Shown here: positions 7,166 to 16,167 of the stretch, piece after piece
Layout of the letters: every line of letters begins with the position of its first letter
How positions within the stretch are numbered: position 1 is the first letter of the stretch
IMG/VR virus record: IMGVR_UViG_3300032030_000047
Coordinates: 23,624-87,623 of that record
Direction: 5' to 3' (one strand)
DNA: 64,000 nucleotides
Origin: a virus
Lineage: Duplodnaviria > Caudoviricetes
Made by a program: the position numbers and the translations under genes
The notes under the pieces: model-generated
What the model was told of the DNA's origin: nothing
The model's database searches: none
The model's input: the letters and a program-made list of their open reading frames with translations, nothing else

Positions 7166-7879
7166 TTAACCATTCGGATTGTAACCCCAAGCAAATGAAC
7201 ATCCGCCATTAAATGAAGTACACCAACCATTGCAATTAGTTGAACATGTGTCACCGCATCCCTGACAAGCATTACTGCAGCCTGTACATCCTTTGCAACT
7301 ACCGCTACAACTGCCACTACAAGAACCAGTGCATGTATTACTGCAACCTTGACAGCTACCTTGACAGCCACCACTACAAGAACCAGTACAAGTACCACTA
7401 CATCCTTTACAAGTGCCAGTGCATGTATTACTGCAACCTTGGCATCCGCCACTACAAGAACCAGTACAAGAACCGGTACAACTCCCACTACATGTACCAG
7501 TACAACTGGTACAGCCACGACAAGCACCTGTACATGTACTATAACAAAGCCCAGTGCATGAACTATTACAATCGGTCGAATTGGCCGTTAAGGAATAATT
7601 CTCATTAGATGTCAATCTAGTAGCCGCGGCTTGAATAGCATATACTAAACTGCCTTGATTAGCTGTTAGTCCAGTTGGGCTAATACGATTAATATTACCT
7701 ACTGTTTCATTAAAATGAGAAATTTTAACAGGACTTCCTGCTGCCATAGTTTCGCTCCAGCCGGTATTATAAGCAGCAAGTGATCCGTTAAAGCGTCTGC
7801 GATACATTTCATTATTAACTCGTGTTTTTAAAGCTTGCATATCACTTGCTGTTAAACTATTTCCAGCTGTTAACGCCAT
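7166..7879 (-). CDS. CXXX-repeat modification target: fibre-like N-terminal domain plus 33-Cys Gly/Ser/Thr-rich repeat
   Basis: C-terminal about 134 aa is CXXX/CXX repeats with small flanking residues; starts 6 nt after the radical SAM stop. Confidence 0.8.
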   Translation of the reverse strand: MALTAGNSLTASDMQALKTRVNNEMYRRRFNGSLAAYNTGWSETMAAGSPVKISHFNETVGNINRISPTGLTANQGSLVYAIQAAATRLTSNENYSLTANSTDCNSSCTGLCYSTCTGACRGCTSCTGTCSGSCTGSCTGSCSGGCQGCSNTCTGTCKGCSGTCTGSCSGGCQGSCQGCSNTCTGSCSGSCSGSCKGCTGCSNACQGCGDTCSTNCNGWCTSFNGGCSFAWGYNPNG

Positions 7880-7885
7880 GACTTA

Positions 7886-9196
7886 TCACTCCTCGGAATG
7901 TTCAAAATCCGCCAACGTGAGCAACATATCATACTCGTCGTCGTCAATTAGATATTTTGCTGTTGTACGGTCTAAATAAACAGGCATTCGTTTTTCTGAA
8001 TGTAACTGTCTAAAAAATTTATTTAAATAATAACTATTAGCTAAAGAGCGAGCGCGTTGCATCCAACAAAGACCTGTATCTCGTTTGTCTAAAATACCTC
8101 CAAACTTTTGGTAATTCCAAGCTGCACACCAAGAACAACCAGAAGCAACGGAACAATTAAAACATTCATCTGTAGATTGAGTACGTCGATTAATTGCTTT
8201 CATTTTATACCAATAATCTTTTTCTTTTTCTGTCTGATAAATTCCATGATCTACATTGCCTATAATAATAGGATCTACTTCTGTGCCTAAAGAACTAGGC
8301 ATATAGCGTAGACATGGATATGCATTTCCATCAGGGTCAAAAGCCAACATATCTCCAGTACCACCGCACCAGTTAGTTAAATTACTACTGAGAAGTGGCT
8401 TGCCATAAAATTCTCCAAACATACTCGAAAAAACACCTTGCTTAGATAAAATTTTATCTGCAAGCTGTTTTAATTGTATATAATATATCTTTGCTTCCTC
8501 TATGGTCCATTTACGTTCATTTATTGGATTACCAACAATAAAAGCGCATTCTTTATCAACAAAAAAATCTACTATTTCACTCAGCATAGGCAAATTTTCT
8601 GGTGAAATTGTAATTTTTGTACCAGGTACTTGGTGTCTTACTGTTCGCCAATCTTCATACGCGGCAATAGCTCTATCAAAGCTACCATTGCCATCATAAT
8701 CCTTTCTACAAGCATCATGTACTTGTTTTGGGCCATCAATAGTAATGCAGAGACTTAAGAAACTTAAGAATTCATCTACATACTTTTGAAATGCATCTGT
8801 AAAATAGAGTAAGCCATTGGTAGAAATGTTAAATCGAAAGTTTGTTGTCCACGGATGATCTAACTCTATACATTTATTGAGAAAATATCTACTGCCATAC
8901 TGAATAACGTCCATATTCATCAGAGGTTCGCCGCCGATAAATTCAATAATAATACCTTTAGTATGATGATTAATTAAAGTATTTGGATCGTTTTTCGCAT
9001 AGGCTTCAAATAGTAAGTCCATTCCTTTTTTCATGACTTCTTTTGTCATGAATTTATGTCCTTTATTAATTTGATAACAGTAGGAGCAATTTAAACAACA
9101 ATCATCAGTTACTTGAAACGTTATAGTCGGACAATTGACTTTAGGGTCTGCTGACCTATAACGTTTCATGATATAATTATGAAACTCGTGAAACAT
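7886..9196 (-). CDS. Radical SAM/SPASM peptide maturase, CXXX-repeat target family (436 aa)
   Basis: ITFQVTDDCCLNCSYC (CxxxCxxC), FIGGEP, STNG, ITIDG, NWCGG...YPC, ECFNC...GCSWC...C SPASM cysteines. Confidence 0.9.
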   Translation of the reverse strand: MFHEFHNYIMKRYRSADPKVNCPTITFQVTDDCCLNCSYCYQINKGHKFMTKEVMKKGMDLLFEAYAKNDPNTLINHHTKGIIIEFIGGEPLMNMDVIQYGSRYFLNKCIELDHPWTTNFRFNISTNGLLYFTDAFQKYVDEFLSFLSLCITIDGPKQVHDACRKDYDGNGSFDRAIAAYEDWRTVRHQVPGTKITISPENLPMLSEIVDFFVDKECAFIVGNPINERKWTIEEAKIYYIQLKQLADKILSKQGVFSSMFGEFYGKPLLSSNLTNWCGGTGDMLAFDPDGNAYPCLRYMPSSLGTEVDPIIIGNVDHGIYQTEKEKDYWYKMKAINRRTQSTDECFNCSVASGCSWCAAWNYQKFGGILDKRDTGLCWMQRARSLANSYYLNKFFRQLHSEKRMPVYLDRTTAKYLIDDDEYDMLLTLADFEHSEE

Positions 9197-9489
9197 TAAT
9201 TATAAAACTCCAATGTATGCTGCGCGAAGTTAAAACTAAAATTCATCCCTGCTCCCTGAGGACGATATTTATTAGCAATTTCATTCTTAAGTTTTTCCAA
9301 ACGAATAGAAAGTTCAATTGCGGCATCCCATTTCTTATCCAGATAAGAAATTTTCAGGCCATCTACTCCTTCATTATAATTATACAGTAGATAACTTAAT
9401 ACGCCCATATAACCATTGTACTCGTCAAAAAGTATCTCTACCTTTTCAATGTCCTCGCTAGAAACATCTACAACTACTCTGTCTTCCAT
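9196..9489 (-). CDS. CXXX-system-associated small protein (97 aa)
   Basis: Start MEDRVV with AGGAG RBS; stop/start overlap with the rSAM gene; paralog of 11375-11647 (YNxYMxxLxYL...YxDKKW). Confidence 0.7.
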   Translation of the reverse strand: MEDRVVVDVSSEDIEKVEILFDEYNGYMGVLSYLLYNYNEGVDGLKISYLDKKWDAAIELSIRLEKLKNEIANKYRPQGAGMNFSFNFAQHTLEFYN

Positions 9490-9522
9490 ATCCTTTAATC
9501 TCCTTTTATATAAAATAATAAG

Positions 9523-9610
9523 CAGCCCCTGAAAGATTCGAACTTTCATAACCTCGGCAGAGGATATAACGGTTTTAGAGACCGGCGTCTTGCCATTAGA
9601 CGAAGGGGCT
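9523..9610 (-). tRNA. Amber suppressor tRNA (anticodon CTA) with a 21-nt variable arm
   Basis: AGCCCCT/AGGGGCT acceptor, G73, GTCT/AGAC D stem, CCGGT-CT-CTA-AA-ACCGT, GAAAG-TTCGAAT-CTTTC. Confidence 0.9.
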
Positions 9611-9648
9611 ATAAAAGGGCTGATTCTCGGCTCAGCCCAGAGCCGTCA

Positions 9649-9993
9649 TCAGACCATGAAAATCTTATCGAAAATATCAAACAAAGTAGGAATATCCTCG
9701 GGATTGGAGCTAGAAAAATGATACGTATGATACTTATTTACAAATGCATTGAGCGCATCCTTATAAGCATTCTGCGCCTTAACCATCTCCTTACGCGCGG
9801 CTTCGACCTTATCAGCCATTGCCTTGCGCTCGGCTGCTTCCTTTTCTTTCTTCTCCTTCTCTTCCCGTAGAGCCTTTTCCTTTTGAATCTTTTCCAGATT
9901 TTCCTGTTCTTTTAGTTCAAATTCAGCACGATTTGCTTCCTCTACTGAATTATAGAACTTACCGGTGCGATCGCTAAATACCTTAATAGCCAT
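9649..9993 (-). CDS. Hypothetical coiled-coil protein
   Basis: GGAGG RBS, own promoter, E/K-rich helix, no TAG. Confidence 0.75.
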   Translation of the reverse strand: MAIKVFSDRTGKFYNSVEEANRAEFELKEQENLEKIQKEKALREEKEKKEKEAAERKAMADKVEAARKEMVKAQNAYKDALNAFVNKYHTYHFSSSNPEDIPTLFDIFDKIFMV

Positions 9994-10057
9994 ATTACTA
10001 CCTCCCTATGTAGTAAAAAATATATTTAAGCAAGTTCCTTTCCTTGCTTATACATAT

Positions 10058-10086
10058 ATTATACACTGAATTTTGAAAAAAGTCAA
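10058..10086 (-). promoter_or_regulatory. sigmaA-type promoter upstream of the ORF / suppressor tRNA / rSAM2 block
   Basis: TTGACT-17-TATAAT with extended -10 TG. Confidence 0.75.
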
Positions 10087-11378
10087 GTTTTAGATAGAAG
10101 CAATAATTTATTATATTCTTTCAATGTAATCAAATGCATTGCAATATCAACAGGTAAATACATCTTTTTACGTTTGGCCATATTATGTTTTCTATAATAT
10201 TTATTCCAATAATAAACGCCAGCAAGAGCTTCTGCACGGTGCATCCAACATATGTTGGTACTACGTTTATTGTATGTGCCAAATTCATTATAGTTTTCAG
10301 CTGAGCACCAGGCGCAACCTGACGCGACAGGACAATCTAAACATTCCTGTGTTGATTGTGACTGTCGAGTAACTTTTTTCATATCATCATATATAGCCTT
10401 ATATTCTGGAGTGTTATATATACCATGGACATTGCCGATTACTATAGGTTTACGCTCTGGACTTAGTGAACTTGCCATATAACGTAAACAAGGATACGCC
10501 AGTCCTTGTGGGTCAAAAGCTAACATTGCAGATGTACCGCCACAATAGTTATTAGTCTCACTTTCTGGAACTGGTTCTCCTTTGAAGTCAGAAAATAAGG
10601 AACTTTCTGCGCCTTCTACTTCAAGCAATCTATCTGCTAACTTAATTAGTAATTTATAATATAACTATGCTTCTTCTTCTGTCCATTTATGCTCAAATAT
10701 AGGATTAGCATGAATTGTTGTACAACCCTTAGATAAAAAGAAATCAAATATTTCTCCGATTTTAGGTAGGTTTTCAGGCGCAATTGTAACTTTAGTATCT
10801 GGTATATTATGCTTCTTTACAAGAAACCAATCATTCCACGCGGCCATAGCTCTATCGAAACTGCCAGTACCGCCCAAATCTACTCGACAAAGGTCGTGTA
10901 TATCTTTGGGCCCGTCTATTGTAACATTCATACTGATAAGGCTATGATATTTATCTAAGAATGCTTGTACCTTTGGCTCAAAATAGAGTAAACCATTTGT
11001 ACTGATGGAAATACGGAAATTGGTAAGCCAAATATGATCGCGTTCACAGCATTGTTGGATAAAATATTCTACAATATAATCCATCACATCTACATTCATA
11101 AACGGTTCGCCGCCGATCATATCCAGAATGATACCATATGTATGTTTATTGATGACCATATTCTCGTCATTCTCTTCATACAATTTGAATAGTAAGTCAA
11201 CTGCGTCCTTAGCCACTTCTTTACTCATCATCGCATGACCCTTATGCGTCTGATAACAGTAAGAACATTTTAAACAACAATCATCTGTCACCTAAAAAGT
11301 GATATTGCGGCATTCTGCCTTTGGATCCTCAAAAGAATATATAGATCTTACTTCCTCTGAATAGTCATGACTTTTCAT
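10083..11378 (-). CDS. Radical SAM/SPASM peptide maturase paralog, CXXX-repeat target family (431 aa, 2 TAG)
   Basis: ITF*VTDDCCLKCSYC aligns with the paralog's ITFQVTDD; ATGA overlap with the upstream gene; joins the 208-aa and 181-aa fragments. Confidence 0.9.
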
Positions 11379-11647
11379 TCTTTGTAAAACACCACCTGGG
11401 TATTATCAAAGTCAAATTCATATCGATCCCATTCGCCCTCAGGTTTATATTTAGCTTCAATTGCTGATTTAGCAAGATCAAGTTCAATCCATATATCTGC
11501 TGCTTCATTCCATTTCTTATCGTAAATATCTGTACTAAAAGTATTAGCAGCCAGATATTCTAACATACTCATATAGGCATTGTATTTGTAAAATAGACGC
11601 CGCACATTTTCACATTCTTCATGTGTAATATCAATTGCTTGCTTCAT
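11375..11647 (-). CDS. CXXX-system-associated small protein (90 aa)
   Basis: ATGA-coupled to the rSAM gene; paralog of 9196-9489. Confidence 0.7.
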   Translation of the reverse strand: MKQAIDITHEECENVRRLFYKYNAYMSMLEYLAANTFSTDIYDKKWNEAADIWIELDLAKSAIEAKYKPEGEWDRYEFDFDNTQVVFYKE

Positions 11648-11708
11648 AAATTAGTCTCCTTAAAAATTATTATAGGATAAAGGATACTCCTTCCCTTATC
11701 CTATAATA

Positions 11709-11737
11709 ATTATATCATATATGGAGGAAAAAGTCAA
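11709..11737 (-). promoter_or_regulatory. sigmaA-type promoter for the rSAM1 pair
   Basis: TTGACT-17-TATAAT. Confidence 0.75.
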
Positions 11738-12141
11738 ATATTTATTTCCTGCCACCCCGCTGGGTAAGCACTTGGTGACCAAATATTATTGTCAATTGCG
11801 CTTTCATATACTTTGCCTTCAAACATAACGCGGTCGCCGCGCATATATGTGTTAGTACTATCAGGCTGTTCCCATTCTGGAATTACATCTGGATCTGGGA
11901 TTAGTACTTTAGCCCAGAGACTTGGTGCGGCAGTAGGAGTCCATGCTTCTTGCGCCGCATGTGATTGAAGACATTTGTATAATACATTTTCGTATTGTAC
12001 TCTGTCTCCTTGTAAATATGCGGCAGTAGCGTTCCAGACAGGAAATAACTGGACTGCTTCAATTGAGTCCTCATCGGATAAGGATAGGGCTGCTTTTTCT
12101 ATATAAGGGCGTAGCTTGCGCGCTAATTCAAGTAATGTCAA
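11734..12141 (-). CDS. Tail-associated protein with carbohydrate-binding (CBM5/12-like) repeats
   Basis: W...Y..GDRV.Y...LYKC.Q.H and W.QP....Y..GDRV.F.G..YES..D.N.WSP motifs. Confidence 0.7.
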   Translation of the reverse strand: MTLLELARKLRPYIEKAALSLSDEDSIEAVQLFPVWNATAAYLQGDRVQYENVLYKCLQSHAAQEAWTPTAAPSLWAKVLIPDPDVIPEWEQPDSTNTYMRGDRVMFEGKVYESAIDNNIWSPSAYPAGWQEINI

Positions 12142-12387
12142 TTACTCCACCCCCAATAGTATTTTTGTGGCGGCAAGCTCCTCCTGTAAAGAGGAGATGC
12201 TTGCGGCCTGCTATAACAAATATTCATCCTTGCCATATTCTTTATAGTTATATTTGTAACCAGAAACGGTATGCTCGCCAACTTCTTCTTCATATGGCTC
12301 AACATTAGAAGCGATAAAGACAGAAGTGGCTGTAATTTCGATTGGTTGTGGCTCAACTGTACCATAAATAACTCCGTAATCTTTCAT
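12142..12387 (-). CDS. Small tail-associated protein (81 aa, 1 TAG)
   Basis: GAGG RBS; reads through EYLL*QAAS to a TAA abutting the next start. Confidence 0.7.
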
Positions 12388-12392
12388 CTTTA

Positions 12393-14339
12393 TCAACCTC
12401 CATAGTGTTGCCGCCATTTATTAATGTTGGCTTCGTAGGTTGCGTTCTTAGACGGAATATACATAATACGTCCATTGAAGTAACGTAGTGTCGCATTCGC
12501 GGCAACGTCTGCGCTATAGTTAAATGGGCCTGCTCCATCACCGGAACTATAAAGGCCGCCAATACCGAATAGGTTAGTACCATTTAAGGCGGTATTAGTC
12601 CAAAGTGCGTCACCGACTGGGAAAGCACTATTGGCATTATTGGCGCACTCAATTGGTAGATAAGCCCAAGTATAGTCTGGATTCTGATAACCCATCGCGG
12701 AAATCCAGTTTGGCGCTGCGCCAGGAAGCTGGAATCCTAGTGGAGTTTCACCATGATATGGAATACCACCTTCAGAGTTGCTACCGCCGCGAGTTGTAAT
12801 ATTAGCAATTAGCCGCCACATGCTACCCCATGGATTTTCCATACCACGATAGCTAATTGCGCGTAAGCCTGCAGTTGTAACGGTTTCCTTAGTACCATCA
12901 CGGTCAATAACAGTTTGAGGAGCGGCGCCAGTGCCGTTACCGATACTGGAAGTAGAACCAGTAATAATAGCGCAACTAGTGGCGTTATTGCGAGCAACAT
13001 TGACTACACCTTTTTCTAGGGCAGATTGTCCATTCATAGTACCAAATTCAACCATCTCTAGCATCTGATTGGCAGATTCAAATTCGAGGTTGGTAAGCTG
13101 CCAACCTTCACCACGATTAGATGCCATTGTTTTAACTTGGTTTAGGTTTAGATTTTTGCCGATACCAGTAAAGATTTTTGCGCCCGCAATAGAGCTGAGT
13201 TTATCTTCGGAGAAAGTAACATTCTCATCGTTTAAAAGATATTCATCTGCGCTAGTGTCATAGACGCTGCCTTCAAATGCGGGAAGAAGAACGTAATCGA
13301 GTTCTTCGTTTCCTAGCTTGAATAGAGGATGAAGCTCAAAGCCTGCGCGCTCATCTGCACTTAGAATTAGACTTTCTTTTTGTACGGTTACGCCGCGGCT
13401 GCCTGCGCTATCTTTGATAAAAGTGCGAGAGTAGTAGAACTTGGGCTGGTAAATCATTACCTGGCCATTAGAGCCATCTTCGCGGTAATTAGAATCGCCA
13501 TAGAAGGCCGTAATTGTGCCATCATCGGCTACATTACAACGCATGCGGCCGCCGTACATGGTGTATCCATTGAAATCGCTTCCGGCCCTACGACTTGCGG
13601 CATCCTGAGTGCGCTCAAAGGACTTATTTTCGTAGTCGATTAGTAAGCCGAGTGTGCCATCGGCGCTGTAAGTACCGGCTTTTACTAGCGCCTTGATGAT
13701 TGCTTCTTGTGTGGCATCACCGGCTTTGATGTTTCCATCTGAGCCAACAATAACAATCTTACCGGCGTTTTCAGTGCCAAGGTTGCTTACTCCGCCAGAG
13801 CTGGAGCCGCCGCCAGATGGAATGCGCGCGATTGCGCTATCAACATAGGCTTTAGTTGCAACTGTGGATGTATCGGCTTTCTGCGCGAGTGCGGCAGTAA
13901 TAGCCTTTTGAGTCATGCTACCATCTTCGTTATCGCCTGTAGATTTATATAATTTCACTACCTCGGGCATAGTAAAGGGTGTGGCGTTGTCAGGATAGAG
14001 AACTTTATAGCCACGACCATTGTAGGTGTCGGATGAGGTCTGGGTTAGCTCAAAAGCTAACTTGGAAATCTCATCATCTACGTCTTCTGTTGTAAGAGTA
14101 TTAATTTGTGCTTCTTGCGCTGTTTCTAAAGCTTCCTGCGCAGTTGCAAGCAAATCCGCGGCTTCAGATTTTGCCGTTGCAATTTCAGTCGCAGCATCTT
14201 CTACTGTTTGAATTGCCGCTGCTGCATCCTATTCTGCTTTTTCTGCCTTTGCCGCTGCGGCATTAGCCTTAGCAACATAAGTTTCGGTTTTTCCTTGTGG
14301 AGTCATTGCTTTTGCAAGCATTACATCCAATATATCCAT
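12393..14339 (-). CDS. Tail fibre/receptor-binding protein with C-terminal CLec/FGE-like domain (648 aa, 1 TAG)
   Basis: TAATG-coupled start MDILDV; SYRGMENPWGSMW and terminal GG.Y..G..AG.F...GR motifs. Confidence 0.65.
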
Positions 14340-14560
14340 TAGCTTTCACCCCCGTTTTCTTCCTCTGTAACGGGAGTCATACTTTTCCATTGTTTTTGGC
14401 TGTTAGCAATAAATACTTCCATAGTATCTACTACTATTGCGACAGATCCCAACGTAATATACTTTGGATCAATAGTCGCTAAATCTGCAGCGGTGTCGCA
14501 GAAATGCTCATAAGTAATTATATTATCAGAGCTACCTCTTTTACTCATTATTGCCGCCAT
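14339..14560 (-). CDS. Small tail-module protein (73 aa)
   Basis: GGAGG RBS; TAATG overlap with the next gene. Confidence 0.65.
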   Translation of the reverse strand: MAAIMSKRGSSDNIITYEHFCDTAADLATIDPKYITLGSVAIVVDTMEVFIANSQKQWKSMTPVTEEENGGES

Positions 14561-15749
14561 TCTATTCGCCTCCATTTATCCAAGCATAAGATATAGTATC
14601 ATTTTCTACAGTTACTTGCAATTGATAAGTACCTGCTGTAGTTGGCATATCAGGCATACTGCCCCATAATACAGTTTTAGCATCATTCTCTCCAACAATA
14701 ACACGTACGAAATATGCACCAGTCTAATCAGGTGCGCCTATTTTTGTAGCAAGTGGAACTAATGGTTGGTCATTATCATCAACGCTTTCTAACGCACTAG
14801 CAAGAGTGTTTGGAGTAAGATAACCTGCATCATTTTGCCATGTACTTACATTAGTTGGTAGATTAGTTAAATCATTATAACTGCCACTAGTTGCCACCAG
14901 TTTCAAAGCATCTAATTTGGTCTTATCCGCGGCCGAAAGTAAACCATTTGTAGAAGTGGTCGCAACTTGATAATTACCACTTAGGATACCTTCATTAGTA
15001 ATGGTTAAATTATCACCAACCTAAATGCCGCCAAGAGTTGAAGTTGTTGCAGGGCTTAATGATATAGTCCGTGTTGATGCAAGAGTTCCGCCACCTGTTA
15101 ATCCAGTTCCGGCTGTAATTGAAATATTACTTAAAGTGGTACTTACATAATTTTCTAAGCGTCCTTCTGGAATTAAATCTAACGTATTATATGTAGCTAA
15201 TGCACTACTTAATGTTACTTGGTTAGCGGTAATTCCATTAGTAACTGCAATATTATTAGCATTGACTGCTTGTAATGTCGTGACACCAGTAACTCCTAGT
15301 GTGCCGCTTAGACTAGCATTAGTTGCGCTCAAATTACCATTTAAGGTAGTTGCGCCTGTTACAGTTAAGGTATTACTAACTGTTGTGGCTAATGATAACG
15401 TAATTGCTTCTGCCGCTATGATTTTATCTGTTACTATTAAATTATTAGTAATGGTTATATTGCCTGAAGCACTAATATTTGCAGCAGAAATGTTTCCACT
15501 AGCAGTAAGATTAACAAAAGAAGGGCTCGCTTGAAAATTTAATATACCATTCTCAATAGTAAAATTGTCGTTATTAGCAATTTTGATTATACCCCAAGTA
15601 TTTTTTGAGGCTACATATCTATCAGCATCATTTTCAGCAATAAATACTTTTGTCAAACTTAAAATCTAACTTTCCATATTATTTAACTTGGTAGCAGTTA
15701 AAATATCTCCTGATTTCCAAGTTGTTCTTGTATAAGCCGTTAATGCCAT
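14541..15749 (-). CDS. Tail fibre protein (402 aa)
   Basis: MALTAYTRTTWKSGDILTATKLNNME fibre N-terminal motif; ATTSTLGGI*VGDNL and GLLSAADKTKLD repeats; continuous with TAG=Gln. Confidence 0.7.
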
Positions 15750-15857
15750 AATCCTTTTTCCTCCTTAAAAACATCATTTGACCCATATGATGTTATTTGT
15801 CATAATAAAAGTCTTAACGCCTAGATTTATTTTAGGTATCTAGTTCTAAAAAAATTC

Positions 15858-16163
15858 TTAATCTTCTGCCGCGAGACGTTTACCTTCACTATCACATAAA
15901 TAGTCGCCATTTGAGTCAATAAAATAATGTGCATATGAACGACGCACTAAAATATAACCGCCGTTAGAATCAACCATATGCTTTCCATTAGCGTCAAGAA
16001 AATAAACTAAAGGAACACCTGCCCCGCCAATCATTTTCCATGTATTGTTTTTATTGACATATCCTACGGCATGTTTCCATTCCGCTCCATTATATACATA
16101 TGGCTAAGCCCATTCCCAATCATTGGTTTCCTAAGAATAAATCTGCATTCCTCCATGTACCAT
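15858..16163 (-). CDS. Hypothetical tail-module protein (101 aa, 2 TAG)
   Basis: GAGGTG RBS; open only with TAG readthrough. Confidence 0.6.
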
Positions 16164-16167
16164 GTAA

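Noticed and set aside
7240-7560. Possible CRISPR array or DNA repeat element
   Set aside because: Repeats are short, imperfect, lack unique spacers and follow the codon periodicity of the CXXX protein.
7126-7608. Track ORFs 7126-7527 (-), 7240-7608 (+) and 7349-7561 (+)
   Set aside because: Shadow frames of the Cys-repeat gene; low-complexity and no RBS.
9440-9522. HDV-like theta ribozyme 3' of the suppressor tRNA, as seen in some recoded gut phages
   Set aside because: The trailer is AT-rich and runs straight into the next RBS; no P1/P2/P3 pairing.
9490-9549. Track start of ORF 9196-9549 (MKVRIFQG)
   Set aside because: Overlaps the suppressor tRNA; the real start is ATG 9489 with an AGGAG RBS.
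12393-12900. Active diversity-generating retroelement
   Set aside because: No reverse transcriptase or template repeat in the window.
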